A DNA stretch of 64,000 nucleotides, from assembly GCA_044229335.1 (NCBI GenBank), contig JBGATC010000018.1, forward strand, positions 530 to 64,529, written 5' to 3'. The position numbers and the translations under genes were made by a program. The DNA is from Planctomycetaceae bacterium (GTDB taxonomy: Bacteria; Planctomycetota; Planctomycetia; Planctomycetales; Planctomycetaceae). Positions 52,586 to 61,498 of this stretch are shown in pieces (within the stretch, counting starts at the first letter, position 1; every line of letters starts with the position of its first letter). Under the pieces are notes generated by a model, which was not told where the DNA came from, made no database searches, and saw nothing but the letters and a program-made list of their open reading frames with translations.

Positions 52586-53686
52586 ATGAGTTTGGGTCCT
52601 CAGCTCACCGGTCTGATCAAAACGGTTCCCGAGGATTTCCTCGTCGAGGAAATCCCGGCGTATCTCCCCGGCGGATCGGGCGAGCATCTCTTCCTCTGGG
52701 TCGAGAAACGCGACGTTCCCGCTGAGCAGTTGCTCAAACATGTCGGCCGAGTCTTCGGGCTCCCCGCGCATGAAGTCGGTTGTGCCGGTCTGAAAGATCG
52801 ACGGGCCGTCACCCGGCAATGGCTCTCGGTCCCCGCCCGCTTTGCCGAGCGGGTGGACGAACTCACGACAGAGCGCATTCGCGTGCTCGAATCAGCCCTG
52901 CATGCGAATAAGCTACGGACTGGTCATCTCCGCGGCAATCGCTTCACTCTCGTCGTGCGTGACGTCGTTGGAGTTGATCCCGCGACGCTCGCCGAGACGC
53001 TGCAAACCATCACCACGCGGGTTGCAAGTGAAGGGTTTCCGAATGCCTATGGCGACCAGCGATTCGGTCGCCAGGGGGAGACGCTGCAACTCGGTCTCGA
53101 TCTGCTGACCGGACGGACCACCCCGAAATCGATTCCCTACAATCGACGGAAGTTCCTACTGAAGCTGGCCCTCTCAGCCGTGCAGAGCGACCTCTTCAAC
53201 CAGGCGCTTGCCGAACGCCAACGCGACGGCATACTCCACACGGTTCTCACTGGCGACGTGATGCAGGTCATCGCTTCCGGAGGACTCTTTCTTGCTGAAG
53301 ACGCCGCCGTGGAAGAAGCCCGCCGGGCACAGCACGAAACCGTTGTGACTGGCCCGATCTTCGGCCCGAAGATGCGCATGCCGACCGGTGTTCCGGCGGA
53401 ACGTGAGCAGACCTTGCTCGAACGGTCGGGCCTCGTAATCGACCAGTTCCACGAATACCGCGATCTGCTCCCCGGTACTCGCCGACCGTACGTCATCCGG
53501 CCAGACGACGTCATCGTCACACCTCATCCGATGGGTTGGCAGTTCACGTTCACACTCCCGGCCGGTGTCTATGCAACGACCTGCCTGCAAGCCTGGGGCG
53601 ATTTCCGGGACGCCCCCTTCACGCCACCACCATCATCCACCGCCCCCGAGAACGATCCCGCAGATCCGGACACCCCGCCCATTTAG
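52586..53686 (+). CDS. truD: tRNA pseudouridine(13) synthase TruD
   Basis: LTGLIKTVPEDFLVEEIP ... GEHLFLWVEKRD ... CAGLKDRRAVTRQW (catalytic Asp). I chose the Met at 52586. Confidence 0.9.
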   Translation: MSLGPQLTGLIKTVPEDFLVEEIPAYLPGGSGEHLFLWVEKRDVPAEQLLKHVGRVFGLPAHEVGCAGLKDRRAVTRQWLSVPARFAERVDELTTERIRVLESALHANKLRTGHLRGNRFTLVVRDVVGVDPATLAETLQTITTRVASEGFPNAYGDQRFGRQGETLQLGLDLLTGRTTPKSIPYNRRKFLLKLALSAVQSDLFNQALAERQRDGILHTVLTGDVMQVIASGGLFLAEDAAVEEARRAQHETVVTGPIFGPKMRMPTGVPAEREQTLLERSGLVIDQFHEYRDLLPGTRRPYVIRPDDVIVTPHPMGWQFTFTLPAGVYATTCLQAWGDFRDAPFTPPPSSTAPENDPADPDTPPI

Positions 53687-53708
53687 CCCCCCGTCAATGA
53701 CGGGGGGC
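53686..53708. terminator. GC-rich palindromic hairpin between convergent truD and the enolase-superfamily gene
   Basis: gccccccgtca-a-tgacggggggc. Confidence 0.6.
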
Positions 53709-53740
53709 ACATCACCACGGGACCCAACCGTTCCTCCCAA

Positions 53741-55060
53741 TCACAACCGCGTGATTCGATACCCCGGATGATCGGCGCGGAATAACTCGGGGAGCAACCG
53801 CGTCCCCAACCCCGGACCTTCCGGCAACTCCGCGTGGCCATCGCTGATCGCAACGTTCGTATCGATCAACGCTGGATATAACGTGCGAATGTGGGCGCGG
53901 ACGGTTTCCTGCCACATCACGTTCGGGCAAGCAGCTGCGACATGCAAGCCGGAGAACAGTGTCAACGGCCCCGTGCAGTCATGCATCAGGGTCGGGATAT
54001 TGTCGATCGCTGCCAGCTCAGCGATCTTCTTTGTCGCCGTGATCCCGCCGACCCATGTCGGATCGGCCATCACATAGTCGGCCCCGCGCAGTGCCAGCAC
54101 ACGCCGATAGCTCTCGCGGGTGACGAGCATCTCGCTGATTGCCAGCGGCACGCCGCCGCGGTGTCGCAACTCGGTCAGCGACTCCAGACAATCGGGCCGA
54201 AGCAAATCTTCGCACCACAACGGCTGAATCTCGCGGAGTTCTTCCGCGATCCGCGTCGCCGCCGGCAGTGCGAAGAAGCCGTGACCATCGATCATCAGTT
54301 CCAGCTTGTCTCCCAGCGCTCTGCGGATTTCGCGCAGCGGGCCTAGCGCCGCTTTCACACCCGCCCGCGGCAGATGCATCCCCCCATGCTGCTGATAGAG
54401 TTGATCGAACGGCCAGACTTTGAGCGCCTGGTAGCCTTCCGCGAGTAACTCTTCCGCAAGATCGACCGCTTCGTAAACACTCCGCCAGTTGTCTTCCAGC
54501 GGGCCGGGTTTGCCGAGGTCACCATGGCCGGGCCACCCCTGGGCATCGGGCGCATTGAGCGGTCGTCGCCCATACGACGGACCGCCGCAACTGTTGTAAA
54601 CCGGGATGCGATCGCGAACTGGTCCGCCGAGCAATCGCCAGATCGGCTCGCGTCGCAACTGACCGGCGATGTCCCACAGCGCAAGATCGATCGCCGAGAG
54701 CGCCCGAAACTCGGCACCATACCCACCGAACGAAGCACAGCGCTCGGAAAGAAATCGCCAATGACTTTCAATCGCGAGGGCATCGGCCCCGAGGAGCCGT
54801 CGCGCCATCCAGTCGTGCAGCACGGCAGCAACGGCGTGCGGGAGATAATACGACTCACCATGCCCAACCACCGGTTCGCCATCCACCGTCCCGGCGTCGG
54901 TATGAATCCGGACGAGCACCAGTCCCGCCATGATTTCGTGTGGAATCAGCGTCTCGACAGCGACGATTCGCGGGCCACGACGGTACGCGTGCGCTTCCTG
55001 CGGACTCGATGCCCGCTGGCTGAAATCGTCTGACCGCACACTGTTCGACATCGGCTCCAC
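53741..55060 (-). CDS. Enolase-superfamily (mandelate racemase / muconate lactonizing enzyme family) dehydratase
   Basis: LKVWPFD ... LMIDGHGFF ... IQPLWCEDL ... ISEMLVTRESYR ... MHDCTGPL. Confidence 0.85.
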   Translation of the reverse strand: MEPMSNSVRSDDFSQRASSPQEAHAYRRGPRIVAVETLIPHEIMAGLVLVRIHTDAGTVDGEPVVGHGESYYLPHAVAAVLHDWMARRLLGADALAIESHWRFLSERCASFGGYGAEFRALSAIDLALWDIAGQLRREPIWRLLGGPVRDRIPVYNSCGGPSYGRRPLNAPDAQGWPGHGDLGKPGPLEDNWRSVYEAVDLAEELLAEGYQALKVWPFDQLYQQHGGMHLPRAGVKAALGPLREIRRALGDKLELMIDGHGFFALPAATRIAEELREIQPLWCEDLLRPDCLESLTELRHRGGVPLAISEMLVTRESYRRVLALRGADYVMADPTWVGGITATKKIAELAAIDNIPTLMHDCTGPLTLFSGLHVAAACPNVMWQETVRAHIRTLYPALIDTNVAISDGHAELPEGPGLGTRLLPELFRADHPGYRITRL

Positions 55061-55226
55061 TCCTGGCAGTAGTTGTCTCCCCCACCTGCTCCGCTACACT
55101 ACCGGAGTAGGAGTGCGAATGCAGCGTCGCCGCGACGCATGTTCCGCGTGGTCTCATTTTCAAGGTCGGGTGGATCGAGGGGATGTCCTCGCGGTTCAGT
55201 AGATTGCGATCGGTTTCGTCGAGGGA

Positions 55227-55826
55227 TTGAACTTCACGATGGACAATTACGGTCTCTTTGCCGTGCTGTTGCTGCTGGCCGGACTCGTGGTGCTGGTCAC
55301 GGAAGTCTTCATTCCATCGGGCGGAATTCTGGCGATTACCACGACAGTGCTGCTCGTCTCGGCCACGATTTGTGCCTATGCCGCCTGGTTCCGGGGCACG
55401 CCAGGGTTGTTCTGGGCGTTTGTCGGTGGAGAAATCGTGCTGGTCCCGGCCGCGCTCGGCACAGCCTTCACGGTTCTGCCGAAGACAGCCATGGGCCGCC
55501 GCCTGATCCTGCAGGCCCCGGAACTGGCAGAAATGGAACCATTTCTGGCGGAGACGGCCCGCCTGCAGCAACTTGTCGGGAAGACCGGCATGACCGCCAC
55601 GATGCTGAATCCGGGAGGCATCGTGATCGTTGATCAGGAACGTCTGCACGCCTTCAGCGAAGGAATTCTGATCGATCCGCACACGCCAGTCGAAATTCTG
55701 GAAGTCCGGGGGACACGAGTCCTCGTTCGTGTCTCTCAGGGTTCGCGCCATGAAACCGGCAAATCACCGGACTCCGGTCCCCGTGAGTCCAGCGGGATCG
55801 ACTTCGAACTGACTCCGGAAGCCTGA
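55227..55826 (+). CDS. nfeD: NfeD-family membrane protein (short form with a C-terminal OB fold)
   Basis: TM helices (GLFAVLLLLAGLVVLVTEVFIPSGGILAI ...) and a C-terminal GKTGMTATMLNPGGIVIVDQERLHAFSEG ... VEILEVRGTRVLV. It lies upstream of floA. Confidence 0.8.
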   Translation: MNFTMDNYGLFAVLLLLAGLVVLVTEVFIPSGGILAITTTVLLVSATICAYAAWFRGTPGLFWAFVGGEIVLVPAALGTAFTVLPKTAMGRRLILQAPELAEMEPFLAETARLQQLVGKTGMTATMLNPGGIVIVDQERLHAFSEGILIDPHTPVEILEVRGTRVLVRVSQGSRHETGKSPDSGPRESSGIDFELTPEA

Positions 55827-55972
55827 TCGCAGGTGGAGTAGCGATGGTGCACAGACGCGAGGTATGATGAGCCCACATCGTCCGGAACCGCATGACAGCG
55901 GGGCCGACGACCCAATCGCCAGTCTCTTCCACAGATGACCAGAGTCGGCACAGTTTCGGAGCTTTGGCACGC

Positions 55973-57028
55973 ATGACGACCTTCACCGTTCTGGCCCAGA
56001 ATAGTTACGCCCCCTGGATCGTCGGGGGCGTGATTCTTGCGTTTATCGTCTTTCTGATTCTCTTTGCGATCTTCGCCCGGTTTCTCGGGCTGTGGATCCA
56101 ATGCAAGATGACCGGGGCCGGAATCGGCCTGTTCGACTTGTTTTTCATGTCGATCCGCAAAGTGAATCCGACCGTGATTGTCCGGGGCAAGATCATGGCG
56201 GTGCAATCCGGGATTACCGATGTCTACCCGCTCAGCACGCGCGACCTGGAATCACATTTCCTCGCCGGCGGACGGGTCTTAAACGTCGTGAAGGCGCTGG
56301 TTGCTGCTCATAAGGCCGATATCGGTCTCGACTGGCAGACGGCGCAGGCGATCGATCTCGCCGGCCGGGATGTCCTCGAAGCGGTCCGGACGAGCGTCTA
56401 TCCCAAAGTGATCGAGTGCCCCGATCCACGGAAAACTTCGAACGCCCTGGAAGCGGTCGCCGGGGACGGGATTCAGCTCAAGGTTCGCGCCCGTGTGACC
56501 GTGCGGACGAACATCCATCAACTCATCGGGGGAGCGACGGAAGAGACTGTCATCGCCCGTGTCGGCCAGGGGATCGTGCAGGCGATCGGCTCGACGCACT
56601 CTTATAAACTCGTGCTGGAAAATCCCGATCGTATCTCGCAAACCGTGCTCGATCAGGGACTGGAAGCGCAAACCGCCTTCGAGATCGTCTCCATCGATAT
56701 TGCGGATATTGATGTGGGCGATAACATCGGTGCCCGACTGGGGGCCGACCAGGCGGAAGCCGACATGCGAGTCGCCCAGGCGAAAGCCGAACAGACGCGG
56801 GCTGACTACGCCGCCCGGGAAGCGGAAAACGTCGCCAAGGTCCAGGCGAACCGGGCACAGGTGGTGCTTGCCGAAGCGCAGGTTCCCATCGCCATCGCCG
56901 AAGCGTTTCGCAACCACTCGCTGGGATTGCTCGATTATTACGAACTGAAGAACGTGCAGGCCGACACGCAAATGCGGGCGGCGATCGCGGGAGGCGGAAG
57001 CGCCGCTGCAGTTGCCAGCCGCGGTTAA
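55973..57028 (+). CDS. floA: Flotillin-like protein FloA (UPF0365/YqfA, SPFH)
   Basis: From the Met at 55973, the sequence aligns by eye along its whole length with B. subtilis FloA. Examples: [81 protein letters not shown]. Confidence 0.95.
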   Translation: MTTFTVLAQNSYAPWIVGGVILAFIVFLILFAIFARFLGLWIQCKMTGAGIGLFDLFFMSIRKVNPTVIVRGKIMAVQSGITDVYPLSTRDLESHFLAGGRVLNVVKALVAAHKADIGLDWQTAQAIDLAGRDVLEAVRTSVYPKVIECPDPRKTSNALEAVAGDGIQLKVRARVTVRTNIHQLIGGATEETVIARVGQGIVQAIGSTHSYKLVLENPDRISQTVLDQGLEAQTAFEIVSIDIADIDVGDNIGARLGADQAEADMRVAQAKAEQTRADYAAREAENVAKVQANRAQVVLAEAQVPIAIAEAFRNHSLGLLDYYELKNVQADTQMRAAIAGGGSAAAVASRG

Positions 57029-57061
57029 GACACCCGTCGCCCCGAGAGGAGAGGAATTCCG

Positions 57062-57661
57062 ATGCCGGGCCTGGTACTGGCGTTCGATGTGGGTCAATTA
57101 ATCGGTCTGGCCGTGCTGGTCATTTCGATCATCAGCTGGCTCGTGAACCTTGTCAAAGGGGACGGAAACAACGCCCCGGCCGGTAAACGGGCTGCTCCGC
57201 AAAAAGACCTGCGGAGCGAGATCGAAGTCTTCCTTGAAGAACTCAACAAACCACCCGTTCGCAAAGAAGCCCCGCCCCCGCGACCGGCTCCTAAACGCGC
57301 TCCCGCTCAACAACAGCAGAAAGCGAAGCCGCAACAGAAAAAACGCGCCGAACCGATCAGCAAGCGTCCGGTCGCTTCCGAGTCCCGACCGAGTTCCAAC
57401 CTAGGAGCGGGTGTCCGACAGCATGTGGCTGAACATCTCGTTGCCGGACAGGTGACCGCCAACGCTCAACAGCACATCGGCCATCGCATCGAAGCCTCCG
57501 TGACGCACGATCTCGGAACCTCGTCATCCAATCTGCACCTGGAGCGGCCTGCGGCCGTCCATCCCCTGTATACGCTTCTCGCGCAACCAGGCGGGATGCG
57601 ACAGGCGATGCTCGTTCACGAGTTGCTGCAGAAGCCACGGGCCTTGCGCAAAGATCGGTAA
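57062..57661 (+). CDS. Single-TM protein with a Lys/Pro/Gln-rich linker, uncharacterized
   Basis: 199 aa. The N-terminal TM is LIGLAVLVISIISWLV, followed by a basic Pro-rich stretch. It is co-directional and closely spaced after floA. Confidence 0.5.
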   Translation: MPGLVLAFDVGQLIGLAVLVISIISWLVNLVKGDGNNAPAGKRAAPQKDLRSEIEVFLEELNKPPVRKEAPPPRPAPKRAPAQQQQKAKPQQKKRAEPISKRPVASESRPSSNLGAGVRQHVAEHLVAGQVTANAQQHIGHRIEASVTHDLGTSSSNLHLERPAAVHPLYTLLAQPGGMRQAMLVHELLQKPRALRKDR

Positions 57662-57696
57662 GCCCGCTGGGCTGCGCTCCCGCTGGAAAGTCCGCC

Positions 57697-58863
57697 ATGT
57701 CGGCTGCTCGTCCACAGATCACACTCGACCAATCCCCGACACATCCGCGGGTCCTGCTGCTGGCAGGACGGTTCGCCGTCCGCGGAACCTGTGCGTACAC
57801 GCTGCGTCTGGCAGAACATCTGCCGGATGCTGGCTTCCGTGTGAGCGTGGCCTGCCCGGATGCCCGCATGGTCGACCCGGAGATGCGGGCCCAACTCCGG
57901 ATCAGCGAATATCCATACCTGCAGGCCCCCGTCTGGGGTCGCGTGGTCCGGGCGCTCATGGCCCGTGGACTGACGACCGAAATGCCAGACCTGATTCACG
58001 TCCAGTCGCGGAATGCGGCGGCTCAGGGGGCATGGCTGGCCCGCCGACTGCAGCGCCCGTACATCCTGACCGTCCACGATTACATGCCCGCCCGGATGCG
58101 GCTCATCCTCGACCGAACGTGGTGCCGCCGGGTCATCGCTGTCAGCGAAGCCATCGAAGCCGATCTCATTGAACGAGCACGACTGCCGCGCGACCTCATC
58201 ACCGTCATCCACAGCGGAGTCGGCTGTCACGATGGGTTAGCGCCGCGCCCCGTGCTCGAAGCCGACCACGTTCCGGTCGTCGGCACGGCAGGCCCACTCG
58301 AAGCTGTGAAAGGGTTCCCATTTTTCCTGGGAGCTGCGGCCAGGGTCCTGGCGGCCGGTCGCGATGTCGAGTTCGTGATCGCCGGGGCCGGTCCTGAAGA
58401 AGAGAACCTGCGACGACTGACGCGCGAGCTGCAAATCGCCGAGCACGTCACCTTCGCTCCGAATGTGCTGGACTTCGCGGAGGCGATGTCAGCCATGGAC
58501 GTCTTCTGTCTGCCGTCGCTCCAGCAGGGTATCGGGACGATCATGCTGGAAGCGATGGCCCTCGGCCGACCGGTGATCGCAACCCGCGTTGGTGGGGTCT
58601 ACCGCGTCATCCAGGACAATGTGACGGGCTTGCTGGTCCCCCCCTCCGACAGCCTGCGGCTGGCGGAGCGAATTCTGGAACTGCTGGACGACCCGGTCCG
58701 CGCCCGCAGCATCGGGACCGCGGCTCAGCAGGAAGTCCGTAGTGCGTTCGGTGTCGAACGCATGATTCGGGAAACAGCCGAACTGTACCGCCAGATTCTC
58801 ACCCCACCACCAGTGAGCACCACCGCCGTGAATCCGACCTCATTGGCCGGCAAAGTAGTATAA
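57697..58863 (+). CDS. GT4-family glycosyltransferase
   Basis: GT-B fold motifs: VGTAGPLEAVKGFPFFL ... LPSLQQGIGTIMLEAMALGRPVIATRVGGVYRVIQDNVTGLLVPP. Confidence 0.85.
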   Translation: MSAARPQITLDQSPTHPRVLLLAGRFAVRGTCAYTLRLAEHLPDAGFRVSVACPDARMVDPEMRAQLRISEYPYLQAPVWGRVVRALMARGLTTEMPDLIHVQSRNAAAQGAWLARRLQRPYILTVHDYMPARMRLILDRTWCRRVIAVSEAIEADLIERARLPRDLITVIHSGVGCHDGLAPRPVLEADHVPVVGTAGPLEAVKGFPFFLGAAARVLAAGRDVEFVIAGAGPEEENLRRLTRELQIAEHVTFAPNVLDFAEAMSAMDVFCLPSLQQGIGTIMLEAMALGRPVIATRVGGVYRVIQDNVTGLLVPPSDSLRLAERILELLDDPVRARSIGTAAQQEVRSAFGVERMIRETAELYRQILTPPPVSTTAVNPTSLAGKVV

Positions 58864-59058
58864 GCCGCAACGCAGACCAGCGGATGGCTCAAGCCGTCCG
58901 GTCGCTTCGGACACTCCAGCGAACTCCGAGGCGGCCACCACGCTCTTGTCGCCATGATGCTCTGCATGCTGAACCGAGCATCCGGAAGCGCGCAGGTTGT
59001 CAGCGCTCAGTCTGAGGAAGCGACTGGGGAGTCTATGTCTCAACCGCTGATAACGAAC

Positions 59059-59088
59059 CAGCCCGGCATTGAACGAACGGCCGGGCTG
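59059..59088 (-). terminator. Stem-loop downstream of the PSCyt1-WD40 gene
   Basis: cagcccggc-attgaacgaacg-gccgggctg. On the minus-strand RNA it is followed by guucguua. Confidence 0.4.
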
Positions 59089-59124
59089 TTCTACGGATCA
59101 TCCGAGCGGAAGTCGCGATCGACT

Positions 59125-61416
59125 TCAGCCGGCTTTTGCGGGGGTCACTGCGGCCTGTTGCTGTTGCTGCTGGAGGGCAGCCTGCAGCCGGTCCGCTTTC
59201 GCTTTGGCTTGAGCAGCCGTGGCAGCCGCGGTCTGGGCGGCTGTTGTGGCGTCGGTGACCTGCTTCTGCTGTTCGGGAGTCACCACCGCTGCGGCCGTGG
59301 CTTTGTCGGCTTCGACTTTCTTCGCGGCTGCGAGGTCCTGAGCAGCTTTGAGCTTGTTCGCCGCATCCACCACGACCTGAGCAGCCGCGGTCTTGTCGGC
59401 CGCGACTTTGGTTTGAGCCGTCTTCGCAGCGGTCAGCCCTGCATTCGAGGTCGCCAGGGCATCGCTCTTTGCTTTCAAGACCGTCGCGGCCTCAGCATGC
59501 TTCTTCGTGAGATCGACCACGACGGCAGCGGTCTCGGTTGCTTTCTTCACGGCTTCTTCGGCAGCCTGCTTCAACGCAGCATCATCCGGCTTTTCTTCTG
59601 CGGCTTTCTGCGCGACAGGGACGGCGGCGGTTGCCGCGGCTGCAGCATCGGTCGCGACTTTCAACGCGGCGGTGGCATCGGCGAGGACCTTGGCCGCGGC
59701 ATCATTCTCCGCTTGGGCCTTGGTCTGATTCTGCTGTGCAGTGGCTGCAGCGGTGTCAGCGGTCTGCATCGCCTGCAGTTTGGCAGCCGCTTCGGTATCG
59801 GCGGCGGTCTTTGCCTTGGTTGCCGTGTCGACCGCAGCCGTCGCGTCGGTTGCAACTTTGGTTGCGGCCTCAGCGGCCGCCTTGCGGTCCGCAATCGCTT
59901 TGTTCAGCGCGGCAACTTGTGCGGCAGCCTGAGCCGCAGCGGCATCGGCCTGGGTCACGACTGCTTTCGCCTGCTCGAGCCGGACAGGCAACGGGGCCGG
60001 GTTCGTGGGAAACTCGCCCAGCTTGGCACCATCTTTCGCATTGAAGACGATGACATTGCCGTTCAGATCGCCCACGAAGATGCGGTCGGTCTCGGCACAG
60101 AAGGCCACTTCACCGGGGATCGCTCCAATGGCCGCCAGATTCCGAACCGCATTCCCGGACGGATCCCACTGCTTGGGTGTTGCGTCGCGACCGACGGAGA
60201 CGAAGCGTCCATCCCGGGCATACTCGACGGCTAATGCACCACCACCGTGAGCATTGATGCTTTTGGCCTGGGTGCCGTTCTGCATCTCCCACATGCGGAC
60301 CGATGCATCTTCGCTGCTCGTAGCGAGCATGTTGCCATCGGGCGACCAGCTGACATCGGTCACCATCCCCTGATGCCCGAGCAGCACGTAGAACTCGCGG
60401 CCGGTGACGGCTTCCCAGACGATGAGCCCGTTACTGCGGTCGCCCGTGGCAAGCAACACACCGTCCGGACTGAATTCGATCGCTGTCACCCAGTCGGTGT
60501 GCTTGTTCTTTTCGTAGAGCAGTTCGCCCGTCTCGACACTGTAGCAGCGGACGATCCGCTTCGGACCGCCGATGGCGATCATCGTCTGATCGGGGCTGAT
60601 ATCGGCCCCGAGCACGACGTCGTACTCGTCACCGACTTCGGCCACGCGTTCGCCGGTCTTCACGTTATAGACGACCGCTTTCCCCGACTGACCACCGCGG
60701 CCGCCGGCGGCGAGCAGCAGTTGACCATTGCGGCTGAACTTCAGGACGTGCGGTTGCCCTTCATTGAACGGCAGCACACCGGTCAACTCGAACGTGTTCG
60801 TATCGTAGAGCAGGATCTGCTTGTGACCGGAGACCGCCAGCAGCGGAGCCCAGGGACTGGCCACCATCGCGGTCACACCGTTCGCCCGTGAAGTGACGAC
60901 GAACGGATCAATCCGCAGATTTTCCGGCATCGGGGGAGGACCAGACGGCCGCTGCGTCGAAATCTCGACTTTGGCGACCATCGGATTGGTCTTCTTGACC
61001 TTCGAGGTGCTGCCAGAATTCTCGAGCGCGCCCCCTTCAATCCACTTCTTGATGAGGGCCAGTTGTGGATCAGGGAGCTTTGGCTGACTCGGGGGCATGA
61101 ACGGCTCAGCGACGTGAGCCACCACGCGGTAAAGTGAACTGTTCTCCGCATCACCATCGGTCCGGACGACTTCGCCCGACGCCCCACCACGCATCATTGC
61201 AGCGTAGTTGTCGAGGACGAGGTCCCCCTTCTTGTCATTCGCGTTGTGGCAGGACCCACACTTCTCGCGAAACAGCGGGAGCATATGCTGCTCGTAGGTG
61301 ATCTTTTCCGCCGGCTTCTGTTCGGCGGGTTTCGCTTCCTGAGCGACGGCGAACGTTGTCAGCGCGAGGAACACGCAACCCGATCGACCCACGGCGAATG
61401 CATTACGCTGCCACAT
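59125..61416 (-). CDS. PSCyt1 (planctomycete cytochrome c) - WD40 propeller protein with a ~290-aa Ala/Thr/Lys/Gln-rich tail
   Basis: The Met at 61416 starts a signal peptide. It has CGSCHNANDKKGDLVLDNY and WD40 blades (HTDWVTAIEFSPDGVLLATGDRSNGLIVWE, HQGMVTDVSWSPDGNMLATSSEDASVRMWE). A low-complexity tail follows. Confidence 0.85.
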   Translation of the reverse strand: MWQRNAFAVGRSGCVFLALTTFAVAQEAKPAEQKPAEKITYEQHMLPLFREKCGSCHNANDKKGDLVLDNYAAMMRGGASGEVVRTDGDAENSSLYRVVAHVAEPFMPPSQPKLPDPQLALIKKWIEGGALENSGSTSKVKKTNPMVAKVEISTQRPSGPPPMPENLRIDPFVVTSRANGVTAMVASPWAPLLAVSGHKQILLYDTNTFELTGVLPFNEGQPHVLKFSRNGQLLLAAGGRGGQSGKAVVYNVKTGERVAEVGDEYDVVLGADISPDQTMIAIGGPKRIVRCYSVETGELLYEKNKHTDWVTAIEFSPDGVLLATGDRSNGLIVWEAVTGREFYVLLGHQGMVTDVSWSPDGNMLATSSEDASVRMWEMQNGTQAKSINAHGGGALAVEYARDGRFVSVGRDATPKQWDPSGNAVRNLAAIGAIPGEVAFCAETDRIFVGDLNGNVIVFNAKDGAKLGEFPTNPAPLPVRLEQAKAVVTQADAAAAQAAAQVAALNKAIADRKAAAEAATKVATDATAAVDTATKAKTAADTEAAAKLQAMQTADTAAATAQQNQTKAQAENDAAAKVLADATAALKVATDAAAAATAAVPVAQKAAEEKPDDAALKQAAEEAVKKATETAAVVVDLTKKHAEAATVLKAKSDALATSNAGLTAAKTAQTKVAADKTAAAQVVVDAANKLKAAQDLAAAKKVEADKATAAAVVTPEQQKQVTDATTAAQTAAATAAQAKAKADRLQAALQQQQQQAAVTPAKAG

Positions 61417-61498
61417 GCTGACTCTCCCCCGACCTGTTCGCGACCAAACCTCACAAGCCCCCGTCATGGCGATGACGGGGCTTCCCGCAGGGCATGGT

